Notes: a model not told the origin generated them from the letters alone. 64,000 nucleotides of DNA from Bacilli bacterium (GCA_017435465.1 JAFSEX010000006.1:12697-76696); one strand, 5' to 3'; numbered from the stretch's first letter, positions 9,061 to 19,380 are shown. Program-made: numbers and translations.

Positions 9061-11271
9061 ATGAATTACATTAAAGGAAATTTTAGAAAATATATATACA
9101 ATTCAGGAAAAGGATTTATAGTTGGAATCTTTAAAGTAAAAGAAACTAATGATGAAGAATTAAAGGATTACGTTAATAAAACAATTACTTTTTCAGGAAA
9201 TTTTTTAGATTTAAATATGGATGATTTATATATATTTTATGGCGAAGGAGTAAAACATCCTAAATATGGATTTCAATATTCAGTAAACAATTATGAAAGA
9301 GTTAAACCAGAAGAAAAAGATGGAATAATTGAATTTTTATGTAGTGATTTATTTAATGGAATAGGTGAAAAAACAGCTAAGGCAATTGTTGAAACATTAG
9401 GAGATAGAACTCTAGATTTAATAGTTGAAAATAAAGATAATTTACTTTTAGTTCCTAAATTAAAACAAAAGAAAATAGATGAAATATATAATACATTAAT
9501 GAAATATAATGAAAGTCATAATACAATTGTATATTTAACAAATTTAGGATTTTCAATGAAAGATGCATTAAATATATATAATGAATATAAAGGACAAACT
9601 ATTTCAAATATTGAATATAATATATATATGCTTGCTGAAGATATTGAAAATATTAATTTTGAAAAACTAGATGAGATTGCAACTAATTTAAATTATGATA
9701 AAAATGATGAAAGAAGAATAGAAGCTTGTATTATATATATTATGAAGAAAATTTTATTTGAAACTGGAGATACATATTTAACAAAAGAAAAAATAATAGA
9801 AGCTACTATTAGATATTTAAAAATTAATGAAGATATTGAAATGAATTTAATAAATTTAAATAAAAATAACAAAATAATAATAGAAGATAATAAATATTAT
9901 TTGGAAGATGTATATAAAGCAGAAAAAAACATTGCAGATACATTATATTATTTATCAAATTTAGATAGTAAACCAATTAAAAATTTTGAAAAACATATTA
10001 ATAATTTAGAAATGTGTAATGGAATTAAATATAATGATCAACAAATAGAAGCAATAAAAAAAGCATTAGAAAAAAATTTACTTATAATAACTGGTGGACC
10101 AGGAACTGGAAAAACTACAATTATAAAAGCAATTGTACAAGTATATAAAGAAATGAATAAATATAGTTATGATGAATTAGTTGAAAAAATTGCTCTTTTG
10201 GCACCAACTGGTAGAGCATCAAAAAGGATGAGTGAAGCAACAACACTTCCTGCATCTACAATCCATAGATTTTTAAGATGGAATAAAGATACTAATGAGT
10301 TTTCAATTAATGAATATAATAAAGATTTTAGTGAATTTATAATAATAGACGAAGTAAGTATGATAGATAATAGTTTATTTGATAGTTTGCTTAAAGGATT
10401 AACTAGAAATGTAAAAATCTTACTAGTTGGTGATTATAATCAGTTACCTAGTGTTGGATCTGGACAAGTTTTGAAAGATTTAATTGAAAGTGATATGATT
10501 GATACTGTACATCTAGATTTACTTTATAGACAAAATGAAAATTCATATATAGTTAATTTAGCTCATGAAATTAAAAATAATGATTTATCATTAAGTTTTT
10601 TAGATAAAAAAGATGACTATGCTTTTATAGAGTGTTCAAGTCATTCAATTACACATAATATATTAGAAATAATTAAAAAGGCAATCAACAAGGGATTTAC
10701 AGATAAAGATATACAAGTTTTAGTTCCAATGTATAAAGGTTTAAATGGAATAGATAAATTAAATGTTGAATTACAAGAAATATTTAATCCTAGTGATTTA
10801 GAAAAAAAAGAAGTTACTTTTGGTGATGTAATTTTTAGGGAAAATGATAAAATTTTGCAACTTACAAATATGCCAGATGATAATGTTTTTAATGGTGATA
10901 TTGGTACAATCTGTATGATTAAAAATTCTCATGAATCAAAAAGTAAGAAAAATGAGATTTATGTAGATTACGATGGGAATATTGTTAAATATGAACCTAA
11001 AGATTTTATTAATATAAAACATGGATATGCGATAAGTATACATAAAGCTCAAGGTAGTGAATTTAAAATGGTCATTATGCCAATAGAAAATGCGTATATT
11101 CGAATGCTATATAAAAAATTAATATATACTGGAATTACACGTGCTAAAAACAGTTTAATATTAGTTGGTAGTTCAAATACTTTTAGTTATGCAGTTAGCA
11201 ATGATAATGTTTATGATAGAAATACTACTTTAAAAAATTTTTTACTAAAAAAAATAGGTATAATAAATTAA
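9061..11271 (+). CDS. recD2: SF1B ATP-dependent RecD-like DNA helicase RecD2
   Basis: Walker A GGPGTGKTT, DEVSM, GDYNQLPSVG, HKAQGSEF; N-terminal HhH region; SD GGGTGA before ATG 9061. Confidence 0.9.
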   Translation: MNYIKGNFRKYIYNSGKGFIVGIFKVKETNDEELKDYVNKTITFSGNFLDLNMDDLYIFYGEGVKHPKYGFQYSVNNYERVKPEEKDGIIEFLCSDLFNGIGEKTAKAIVETLGDRTLDLIVENKDNLLLVPKLKQKKIDEIYNTLMKYNESHNTIVYLTNLGFSMKDALNIYNEYKGQTISNIEYNIYMLAEDIENINFEKLDEIATNLNYDKNDERRIEACIIYIMKKILFETGDTYLTKEKIIEATIRYLKINEDIEMNLINLNKNNKIIIEDNKYYLEDVYKAEKNIADTLYYLSNLDSKPIKNFEKHINNLEMCNGIKYNDQQIEAIKKALEKNLLIITGGPGTGKTTIIKAIVQVYKEMNKYSYDELVEKIALLAPTGRASKRMSEATTLPASTIHRFLRWNKDTNEFSINEYNKDFSEFIIIDEVSMIDNSLFDSLLKGLTRNVKILLVGDYNQLPSVGSGQVLKDLIESDMIDTVHLDLLYRQNENSYIVNLAHEIKNNDLSLSFLDKKDDYAFIECSSHSITHNILEIIKKAINKGFTDKDIQVLVPMYKGLNGIDKLNVELQEIFNPSDLEKKEVTFGDVIFRENDKILQLTNMPDDNVFNGDIGTICMIKNSHESKSKKNEIYVDYDGNIVKYEPKDFINIKHGYAISIHKAQGSEFKMVIMPIENAYIRMLYKKLIYTGITRAKNSLILVGSSNTFSYAVSNDNVYDRNTTLKNFLLKKIGIIN

Positions 11272-11337
11272 ATATTACTCACAATATAAATGCATATATA
11301 ATATGCATACATATAACTAGCTAAGAGGTGATAAATA

Positions 11338-11481
11338 ATGACAAAGAAAATATTAGGTTTTATGGCTTTAGGATTTGGTGCTTATCTTGCATATCAAAAT
11401 ATGGATAAAATAAAAGAAATGACAAATAGTGTAGCACACATGATGAATAAAGAATATAAGGAGCTAGAAGATATGTTATAA
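11338..11481 (+). CDS. 47-aa small membrane-associated protein (MTKKILGFMALGFGAYLAYQ...)
   Basis: SD AAGAGGTG 8 nt before the ATG; followed by a terminator. Confidence 0.45.
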   Translation: MTKKILGFMALGFGAYLAYQNMDKIKEMTNSVAHMMNKEYKELEDML

Positions 11482-11509
11482 AAACCCTAAACCTATAGGG
11501 TTTTTATTT
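11481..11509 (+). terminator. Intrinsic terminator
   Basis: AAAACCCT/AGGGTTTT stem followed by a T-run. Confidence 0.65.
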
Positions 11510-11523
11510 TTAGGAGAGATATT

Positions 11524-12471
11524 ATGGAATACATATTATTTTTAATAAGTTGTATAATTATTATAAAAGCATCAGACATATTAGTAGACAGTGCATCTTC
11601 ACTTGCAATAAAACTAAAAGTTCCAAAATCATTAATAGCTCTTACCATAGTTGCATTTGGTACATGTGCTCCAGAAGTTGGAATATCATTTAGTAGTATT
11701 TTAAGACATAATTATAGTATGGCAATTGCAAATGTAGTAGGAAGTTGTATAGTAAATATTTTGTTTATTATTGGACTAGCATCTTTTTTACATCCAATAA
11801 AATTAAGACGTGCTACTACAAAAAGAGAATTACCGTTATTAGTTTTAATTACAGCTGTATTTTCATGTGTAATATTAGATGATATGTTAGTTATTAACAA
11901 ACAAAATATATTGTCTAGATCAGATGGAATAGTATTATTAATTTTATTTTTAATATTTATATTATATCTAATTGGTATGGCTAGAACTAATAAAAAAGAT
12001 GAAGAGGAAAATAAAGCAAAATATGGAACGATCAAATCAATATCCTATTTAATATTTAGTATTATATTAATTGTATTTAGTAGTGATTTACTAGTAGATA
12101 ATGCAGTTAAGATTGCTGAAAATTTAAGTGTTAGTCATAAAATAATTACTATGTTAATAGTAGTAATTGGAACGTCACTTCCTGAACTTGTTATGACAAT
12201 TAGAGCAAGTAAAAAAGAAGAATATGAACTTGCAATTGGAAATATAGTTGGTACTAATATATTCAATATATGTATTGTACTTGGACTTCCTGTTGTATTG
12301 TTTGGTGGAATTAAAGTAGTTGATTTTAATATAATTGATATGCTAACTGTAATGTTATCTTCAATAATTTTATATATTTTTTCAAAAAGTGAAAGAAAGA
12401 TATCTAGAATAGAAGGATTTTCAATGTTATTAATTTTTATAATTTATTATATATATGTTTTATTCATATAA
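11524..12471 (+). CDS. Ca2+/Na+ antiporter, CaCA (YrbG) family
   Basis: Two alpha-repeat regions (GTCAPE and GTSLPEL motifs), ~10 TM segments. Confidence 0.8.
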   Translation: MEYILFLISCIIIIKASDILVDSASSLAIKLKVPKSLIALTIVAFGTCAPEVGISFSSILRHNYSMAIANVVGSCIVNILFIIGLASFLHPIKLRRATTKRELPLLVLITAVFSCVILDDMLVINKQNILSRSDGIVLLILFLIFILYLIGMARTNKKDEEENKAKYGTIKSISYLIFSIILIVFSSDLLVDNAVKIAENLSVSHKIITMLIVVIGTSLPELVMTIRASKKEEYELAIGNIVGTNIFNICIVLGLPVVLFGGIKVVDFNIIDMLTVMLSSIILYIFSKSERKISRIEGFSMLLIFIIYYIYVLFI

Positions 12472-12488
12472 AAAAAATAACTATTTAG

Positions 12489-13235
12489 TTATCTTTTTTT
12501 ATATGAGTTCAATATTTGTAAATTTTTAATATATTCAATATCATTTTTAGACAAAGAAAATGAATTATTTATATTTTTCATGTTGAATTCATCTAAATTA
12601 TTTAATGATTCCAAATAATTTAATAGCTTAGTACTATCTTTTTCATTAGATAATTTAAAATTTAATACGCCATCTAATTCTTCAACATATTTTTCTTTAT
12701 AAAAATTCAATGTAGTTTCTTTATCGGTAATTAATAATTCAATATTATTTTCTCTATCACTAGCATTAATCATTTTTTGAAATATTTCAAAAACATCTTT
12801 ATATTCATTATTACATATTTGTCCACTACATAAAATCATTGAATTTTTAAGTAATTTAAAAAATATATTTCTTAAATTAACTTCGTCAAGTATAAAATAA
12901 TTTAGAATAAGTATATTTTCATTTTTAGATAACTCTATTGATATTTTATCACCAATCTTACTATTTAAAATTATTTCAGATACATTAGCAAACATATCAA
13001 ATTGTTGTTCATTTATTTCAAAGGTAATATATGATTGAGGATATAGAATTGAATCATTTTCATGCCCAATGCAACATGCTCTAGTCATAATATTATTTGA
13101 ATAACAATAATTTAACAAATCTTCTAAAGATTTGTTCCCCTCTGAAAATCTTAATGCAAATTTATTAGGATTTTTCATTATTTCCTTTTTTGAAAAACAT
13201 CTTTCTCTATTAATCATAAATATTACTCCAATCAT
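12489..13235 (-). CDS. Hypothetical protein
   Basis: Long ORF with no recognisable motifs; start codon uncertain. Confidence 0.45.
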   Translation of the reverse strand: MIGVIFMINRERCFSKKEIMKNPNKFALRFSEGNKSLEDLLNYCYSNNIMTRACCIGHENDSILYPQSYITFEINEQQFDMFANVSEIILNSKIGDKISIELSKNENILILNYFILDEVNLRNIFFKLLKNSMILCSGQICNNEYKDVFEIFQKMINASDRENNIELLITDKETTLNFYKEKYVEELDGVLNFKLSNEKDSTKLLNYLESLNNLDEFNMKNINNSFSLSKNDIEYIKNLQILNSYKKR

Positions 13236-13323
13236 TTATATTATATATTATTTAAAAAAAAATTACAAAAGAATAATATATATGTTAAAATAATAAATGT
13301 ATTAAGATGGAGTAGCATTAAGT

Positions 13324-13830
13324 ATGGTAGAAATAGTTAAACAAAATTTTAAAGAAAATAAGAAAATTTTTTGTGAAATGGAACGAATATTAAAAAATGA
13401 ATTAGAAAAAAGTGTAGTGATTTCTCATGTTGGTTCAACAGCTATACCTAAAATATATGGTAAAAATATTATAGATATTCTTGTTGGGGTAGAAAATACA
13501 AAAATATTTAAGGATGTATCAAGTAAATTAAAAGAATTGGGATATTATCCAAGTGATAAATCTAAAACAATTGAATATCAATTTTTTGCCTCAAAAAAAG
13601 AAGAAACTAAATCAGGAGATATTCATATACATCTTGGTATAATTAATACAAATAGATACAACGAATTTCTTTTGTTAAGAGACTATTTATTAGATAATCC
13701 TAATGTTGCAAAAGAATATTCTGATTATAAAAAGAAAATTTTAAAGTTAGAAAGTGCTGAAAGAAGTCAATATAGAAATATCAAAAGTATATATGTATCC
13801 AATTTAATAGAAAGAGCAAAAAATAGATAA
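13324..13830 (+). CDS. GrpB-family protein (UPF0157)
   Basis: HVGSTAIP...ILV ... HIHL pattern typical of the GrpB nucleotidyltransferase-like fold. Confidence 0.65.
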   Translation: MVEIVKQNFKENKKIFCEMERILKNELEKSVVISHVGSTAIPKIYGKNIIDILVGVENTKIFKDVSSKLKELGYYPSDKSKTIEYQFFASKKEETKSGDIHIHLGIINTNRYNEFLLLRDYLLDNPNVAKEYSDYKKKILKLESAERSQYRNIKSIYVSNLIERAKNR

Positions 13831-13835
13831 ATATA

Positions 13836-13864
13836 TTGACAAAAATAAAATAGTAGATTATATT
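13836..13864 (+). promoter_or_regulatory. sigmaA promoter TTGACA-17 nt-TATATT driving the leader/attenuator
   Basis: Consensus -35 at 13836-13841, 17-nt spacer, -10 at 13859-13864. Confidence 0.6.
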
Positions 13865-13885
13865 TATGGTGTAAATCAAAAGAAA

Positions 13886-14026
13886 GGAGTGTGATTAATA
13901 TGAAAAATATAATAAATAATTTACAAAATAAAATAATTAATAGTGTAGGATTAATCACAACTCCTAATTTTTAATAGTATCAAAATATTTCTTTTTGTGA
14001 TTAATCCTGCATTATGCAGGATTTTT
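13886..14026 (+). promoter_or_regulatory. Transcription attenuator with mutually exclusive helices A:B, B:C and C:D (terminator)
   Basis: A 13886-13899 pairs with B 13950-13964 (14 bp, one bulge). B' 13947-13959 pairs perfectly with C 13996-14008 (13 bp). Terminator stem 14003-14011/14015-14023 is followed by a T-tract. Confidence 0.6.
13900..13974 (+). CDS. 24-codon leader peptide MKNIINNLQNKIINSVGLITTPNF
   Basis: SD AAGGAG at 13884-13889; the ORF's 3' end covers attenuator segment B. Confidence 0.5.
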   Translation: MKNIINNLQNKIINSVGLITTPNF

Positions 14027-14049
14027 AATTTATGAAAAGAGGTATAAAA

Positions 14050-14805
14050 ATGATAATGAAATTAAATATTAATGATAGAGCAGCTCTTGCTATTAAAAAT
14101 GGTACAAAGAAAATTGAAATAAGAGCAAACAAAATAAATTCAAAATGTGATTACAGTATTTTAAAAGAAAATGATATTATAAAATTTAAAAGTGATAATT
14201 TAGATATATTTTATGTGAGAATTAAAGAAGTAAATCATTATAATACATTAGAAGAATTATTTACTTTAGAAGGAACAAGATATACAACATCATCTACAAA
14301 TGATTATAATGAAGCAATAAAAAGTATAAATAATTTAGATGGATATTATGAAAGTATTAAAATAAATGGAGTATATGCTATACACATAGAATATTTATAT
14401 AGTGAGAATACTGTTTGGGAAGAACTATATGAAAAAGCAAAAAAAGTAAGAAATCCAAGGGAAGTATCAGGAATGATAAGTGCAGGTAGTGTAGGCGCAG
14501 CTATACTTACTAAAAATCATAATATTTATACTGGCGTATGTATTGATACTGCATCAACACTAGGTATGTGTGCAGAAAGAAACGCTATTGCTAATATGAT
14601 AACTAATAATGAAAATGAAATAATAAAACTTGTATGTGTCGATTCTAAGGGTAACATAGGTTTTCCATGTGGTGCATGTAGAGAGTATTTAATGCAATTA
14701 GATAAGAATAGTAAAAATATTGAAATTTTAAAAGATTTAAAAACTAAAGAATTTATTAAATTAGAAGAATTAATTCCTAATTGGTGGGGTTACGATAGGG
14801 TATAA
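14050..14805 (+). CDS. ASCH domain fused to a cytidine/blasticidin-S deaminase-like zinc deaminase
   Basis: N-terminal ASCH-like KLNINDRAALAIKNGTKKIEIR. C-terminal CDA motifs VGAAILTK, CAERNAI, PCGACRE, EELIP. SD AAAAGAGG before ATG 14050. Confidence 0.7.
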   Translation: MIMKLNINDRAALAIKNGTKKIEIRANKINSKCDYSILKENDIIKFKSDNLDIFYVRIKEVNHYNTLEELFTLEGTRYTTSSTNDYNEAIKSINNLDGYYESIKINGVYAIHIEYLYSENTVWEELYEKAKKVRNPREVSGMISAGSVGAAILTKNHNIYTGVCIDTASTLGMCAERNAIANMITNNENEIIKLVCVDSKGNIGFPCGACREYLMQLDKNSKNIEILKDLKTKEFIKLEELIPNWWGYDRV

Positions 14806-14816
14806 GGAGAAGTGTT

Positions 14817-15425
14817 ATGAATTTTATAGGAAGTAAAACAATAGAAACAGAAAGATTAATATTAAAAAGTTCTAAAATGGCAGAACAAAAAAAATTGTAT
14901 GAAATTTTAATGAATCCAGAAGTAAATAAATGGTATTTAACATCCGGTAAGAAACATGCAAATGATTCTAACTATTGGACTTGGGAAATTCAAGAAAAAT
15001 TTTACAAATCAAAAGTTGATAAAGCAAATAATTCTGATGTTTTTGGTTGGAGTATATTTTTAAAATCTGAATATTCAAATAGTAATACTGAAGAAATAAT
15101 TGGGCAAGTAACTGCACAAGAAAATGGTAGTGATTTAACTATTCGTGATGTTGGATGGTATATAGATCCTAAATACCAAGGTATGGGATATGCAACTGAA
15201 GCGGCTAAGGCTATGATTAAATATATGTTTGAATTGGTTGAGATTGAAAAAATAATATCAGGAGCTGTTAAAGATAATATTGGTTCATGTAAAATTTTTG
15301 AAAAATTAGGATTTATCAAAACAGGTGAAATAACACATGAATCTAAATATACCTTTTATGATGGAACACTTACATCTTCTAAATATGAAATGGATAAAAA
15401 ATTATATTTAAAAAAATGGAAATAA
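14817..15425 (+). CDS. GNAT-family N-acetyltransferase (RimJ/RimL-like)
   Basis: ETERLILK N-terminus and QGMGYATEAAKAMIKY acetyl-CoA binding motif. Confidence 0.75.
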   Translation: MNFIGSKTIETERLILKSSKMAEQKKLYEILMNPEVNKWYLTSGKKHANDSNYWTWEIQEKFYKSKVDKANNSDVFGWSIFLKSEYSNSNTEEIIGQVTAQENGSDLTIRDVGWYIDPKYQGMGYATEAAKAMIKYMFELVEIEKIISGAVKDNIGSCKIFEKLGFIKTGEITHESKYTFYDGTLTSSKYEMDKKLYLKKWK

Positions 15426-15534
15426 ATGATAACTGGAATAAAAAAAATAAAGAACGATTAAATTTTTATTATTTTAATTGTTCTTTATGATATACTTAAT
15501 TAGTAATGAAAATATAAAATAAGGAGGGTATATT

Positions 15535-16164
15535 TTGAATACAGTCATTTATTTAATTAGACATTCAGAACCATTCAAAGTACATAGAGGTATAACTAAT
15601 ACAAATGAATCAATACTAATGGAAAATGAAAAATCACCTTTAAGTATTGATGGCGAAAAATTAGCAGAAAAAATGGCATTGCTAGAAGAATTTAAAAATT
15701 TGGATATTGTTTACTCATCAAATTATGTAAGAGCAATGTCGACCGCAAAATATTTTTCAAGTGTTAATAATTTAAAAGTTAATATTGATGATAGATTTAA
15801 TGAAAGAGTTCATGGTATTAATAGTTGGAATGAATTGCCTAATGATTTTGAAATGAAACAATTTGAAGATGAAGATTACAAGATAGGTTTTGGTGAATCT
15901 CAAAAGGAAGTTCGAAATCGTATGTATGAATCATTAATAGAAGTTATAAATAAAAATCATGGTAAAAAAATTGCAATAATATCTCACTCAACTGCTATTG
16001 CATTTTTATTAAAAAATTGGTGTAAAGTTTATTATAATAAAGCATATACATTTGAAAATAAAATTTTCTTTGATGGTAAATGGAAATATTTAGAAACATT
16101 TAAACTAATATTTAACGAAAATAATGAGTTAGTAAATATCATAAATATTAATTTAAATAATTGA
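15535..16164 (+). CDS. Histidine phosphatase (phosphoglycerate mutase-like) family protein
   Basis: IYLIRHSE catalytic RH motif and a downstream SHS motif; TTG start after AAGGAGGG. Confidence 0.7.
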   Translation: MNTVIYLIRHSEPFKVHRGITNTNESILMENEKSPLSIDGEKLAEKMALLEEFKNLDIVYSSNYVRAMSTAKYFSSVNNLKVNIDDRFNERVHGINSWNELPNDFEMKQFEDEDYKIGFGESQKEVRNRMYESLIEVINKNHGKKIAIISHSTAIAFLLKNWCKVYYNKAYTFENKIFFDGKWKYLETFKLIFNENNELVNIININLNN

Positions 16165-16193
16165 GTATATAGTAAATACTATATGCTTTTTTT
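16164..16193 (+). terminator. Intrinsic terminator
   Basis: AGTATATAGTA/TACTATATGCT stem followed by T6. Confidence 0.65.
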
Positions 16194-16222
16194 AATTATT
16201 AGTTTTTTTTGCATATAATTAA

Positions 16223-17866
16223 ATGGGTGATAATATGTTTCATAAGCAAATAGATAAAAAAATAAAAATAGTTTTAATAATAATATTTTTTCTATTCATT
16301 GTAATCATATGTAAAGTAGGATACATACAATTATTTCAATATAAAAAACTTAATAAACTGGCAAGTGATTTATGGAGTAGAAATCTACCAATTGAAGCTA
16401 ATAGGGGTAAAATATATGATAGAAATGGAGTAGTACTTGCAGATAATCTTACAACAACTTCATTAGTATTAATTCCAAATCAAATAAAGGATAAAGATAG
16501 AGTTAGCCAAGATTTAGCAAATATTTTAGGAGTTACTAAAGAAGAAATGGATAAGCATGTTAAAAAAAGTACATCTATTGAAAGAGTACATCCTGAAGGT
16601 AGAAGATTATCTTATGAAATTGCAGATAAAATAAATAGTTTAAATTATGATGGAGTATATTTGGTTAAAGAATCTAAAAGATTTTATCCAAATCAAAGTT
16701 ATTTATCACACGTTCTTGGTTTTGTTGGAATAGATAATCAAGGTCTTAGCGGACTTGAATTAGAATATGACGAATATTTAAAAGGTGAGAGTGGCGCGAT
16801 AAAATATTTTTCAGATGCAAAAGGTAATAGACTTGAGATGTCTGAAGTATATCAAAAACCACAAGATGGAATGAATATGATGCTTACTATTGATTATAAT
16901 ATACAAACTTCAATTGAAAGAGAACTTGATAATGTAGTTGAAAAATATAATCCCGAACAAGCATTAGTACTTGCAATGAATCCAAATACGGGAGAAATTT
17001 TAGGTATGAGTTCTAGACCTACTTTTGATCCTAATAATTATCAAAATTATTCTCTAGAAGAAACAAGTAGAAACTTACCAATTTGGGCAACATATGAACC
17101 GGGTTCAACATTTAAAATTATTACTCTTGCTAGTGCATTAAATGAAGGTAAAGTAGATTTAAAAGAAGAACACTTTCATGATGGTGGGAGTGTAAATGTT
17201 GAAGGAGCTAGAATAAAATGCTGGAAAGCAGGAGGACATGGTTCTCAAACATTTATGCAGGTTGTTCAAAATTCTTGCAACCCCGGTTTTGTTGAACTTG
17301 GTCAAAGACTTGGAAAAGATACACTTTTTGGTTATATAAATAAATTTGGTTTTGGTAAAAAAACTGGAGTAGATTTAAATGGTGAATCAACAGGAATTAT
17401 GTTTCCGATGGATAGAGTAGGTCCTGTTGAACTTGCTACTACTGCATTTGGCCAAGGTGTGTCAGTAACTCCAATACAACAAGTGGTTGCAGTTAGTGCA
17501 GCAATAAATGGTGGTAAATTAGTAACTCCTTATATTGTTAAAGGTTTTATGGAACCCGAAACAAATACTATTATTGAAGAACGTACTCCACAAATTAAAA
17601 GTGAAGTAATTACTGAAGAAACAAGTGCTTTAGTTAGGGAAGCTTTAGAAAATGTAGTATCCCTTGGAACTGGTAGAAATGCATATATAGATGGATATAG
17701 AGTGGGTGGTAAAACAGGTACTGCACAAAAAGTTCAAAATGGAAGATATTTAGTTGGCAACTATATAGTTTCTTTTATAAGTTTTTTACCTGCTGATGAT
17801 CCTGAAATTGTTTTATATGTTGCGGTTGATAATCCAAAAGGTGTTACTCAATATGGGGGTACTGTA
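16223..17866 (+). CDS. spoVD: 5' segment of split class-B penicillin-binding protein (SpoVD-like): PBP dimerisation and transpeptidase domains
   Basis: Motifs STFK, SCN, KTGTAQ. Homology ends at ...QYGGTV (17866). The observed ORF reads on into element DNA for 24 more codons to the stop at 17941. The start may be ATG 16235. Confidence 0.8.
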
Positions 17867-17968
17867 CACGCTCTCTTAAGTGAAAACAAAGATAAACCCT
17901 TATTTTATAAGGGATTAAGGCATATACTGAAACGTTTTTAATATACAAAATTGAAAGGTTGAGGTAAG

Positions 17969-18190
17969 ATGAAAAAATTAGAGAACTTAAGATTTGTTTT
18001 AACTGATGAGATGAATAAAATGTTTATTGAGGTACTAATAATCAAGCAAAGATTAGAAGAAGATATCACACTAAAAGAACAGATGGCTCTAGAAAAGGAG
18101 CTCAAGATTTTAACTAGTAAGTTCATCAAAGAATTTAGAAAAAATAATGTAGAACAAATCAAAGAGTACAAAGAACTTGTAAATCAGTAG
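17969..18190 (+). CDS. Element ORF, 73-aa coiled-coil hypothetical
   Basis: SD GGTTGAGG before the ATG; terminator follows. Confidence 0.5.
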   Translation: MKKLENLRFVLTDEMNKMFIEVLIIKQRLEEDITLKEQMALEKELKILTSKFIKEFRKNNVEQIKEYKELVNQ

Positions 18191-18212
18191 AGAGCACTTG
18201 CTCTCTTTTTTT
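18189..18212 (+). terminator. Intrinsic terminator inside the element
   Basis: AGAGAGCA/TGCTCTCT stem followed by T7. Confidence 0.7.
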
Positions 18213-18337
18213 GATACCAAACAAAAAGCGAACATCAAAACTCTTAAAAATGTGTTATAATATCTATCAATTAAATTATCTTTTTGTTAAGATAAGTTTA
18301 CTTCATGAAGTTAAACCAAAAGAAAGGAGTTATAGAT

Positions 18338-18811
18338 ATGTTAATATATGGATACAAAGGTGATAAATGTTTAAAGAGTGATAATTGTGATGATTATACT
18401 AGCAAAAATCTAATAGCAATTAAAAATTATAACGAAGATTTATACAAAAATATCAATTCATATGGAGTATACACTGTATTAAGACACGTGTATCACACGT
18501 ATAATACTCTAGGTAAGTTTAATAATTCTTTAGTAAATACTTATGAAGTAAATGATAGTTATATAAAAAGTATAGAGTTTGTTAAAAATTACTTGGAGAA
18601 TAATTTAGATATAGAAAATAGTTTTGATAGTAAATGTAGAAATATATACGACCATTTAAGAATATGGTACAAAAGACTTGTTAATAATCCTAATTGTTTA
18701 GATGAAATTAAATGGGAAGTAGCAAAAACTATGAAATACTATGAAAAACAAGAAATCTTTAGAAAAGCAAGTATTAACTTAAAACGAAATTATCAAGATT
18801 TTGTTGTATAA
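18338..18811 (+). CDS. Element ORF, hypothetical (~157 aa)
   Basis: SD AAAGGAG before ATG 18338 (the ORF track extends to 18305). Confidence 0.5.
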   Translation: MLIYGYKGDKCLKSDNCDDYTSKNLIAIKNYNEDLYKNINSYGVYTVLRHVYHTYNTLGKFNNSLVNTYEVNDSYIKSIEFVKNYLENNLDIENSFDSKCRNIYDHLRIWYKRLVNNPNCLDEIKWEVAKTMKYYEKQEIFRKASINLKRNYQDFVV

Positions 18812-18837
18812 CTCCTTTAACAATATGAGGAGGAATA

Positions 18838-19134
18838 ATGAAAGATTATGAAAATAAAAAATTATCTTTAATGGAAGATAAAAATGATTTATATCAAAAA
18901 CAAGCACAAGAATATTTAAAAAAGAGGGTTATAAAATCTGCTTTAGATACTTACACAGGAACTAAAGTAGAAGATAAAGAAGTTAGAAAGTTTGTAACAT
19001 ACTTAGATAGATTTGTAAGACAAACTACTTCTAAAAATGATATTAACTATAGAATATCAAGTCTATATAACTATATTGTAAGCAAATATAGTGATTATAT
19101 GGAAATAAATCAAATAGTACTAGATGAAAACTAA
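18838..19134 (+). CDS. Element ORF, hypothetical 98 aa
   Basis: SD GAGGAGG before the ATG. Confidence 0.5.
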   Translation: MKDYENKKLSLMEDKNDLYQKQAQEYLKKRVIKSALDTYTGTKVEDKEVRKFVTYLDRFVRQTTSKNDINYRISSLYNYIVSKYSDYMEINQIVLDEN

Positions 19135-19200
19135 TTCATAACTAGTACTAGAGTACTCCTATACACAAAAGAAAGGAGGATTAAATTAAGACTAAACTTA

Positions 19201-19237
19201 GAATAGACTTACATTATGTCTATTCTTTATTTTTTTA
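19201..19237 (+). terminator. Intrinsic terminator inside the element
   Basis: AGAATAGAC/GTCTATTCT stem followed by a T-rich tract. Confidence 0.65.
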
Positions 19238-19380
19238 TATAATATATTTATTATTATATATACTAGAGTATATAATTGTATTTTCTTTATTAGTTATATA
19301 CTATTACGTATATTAAATAAAATATATATAATAATTATATTTAATAAATAATATATATCTTAAATATAATGGAACTTAGA

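Noticed and set aside
17867-17941. C-terminal tail HALLSENKDKPLFYKGLRHILKRF of the 572-aa PBP ORF
   Set aside because: This is read-through into element DNA after the attL junction, not a genuine PBP C-terminus. Homology to PBPs stops at GGTV and resumes at 23049.
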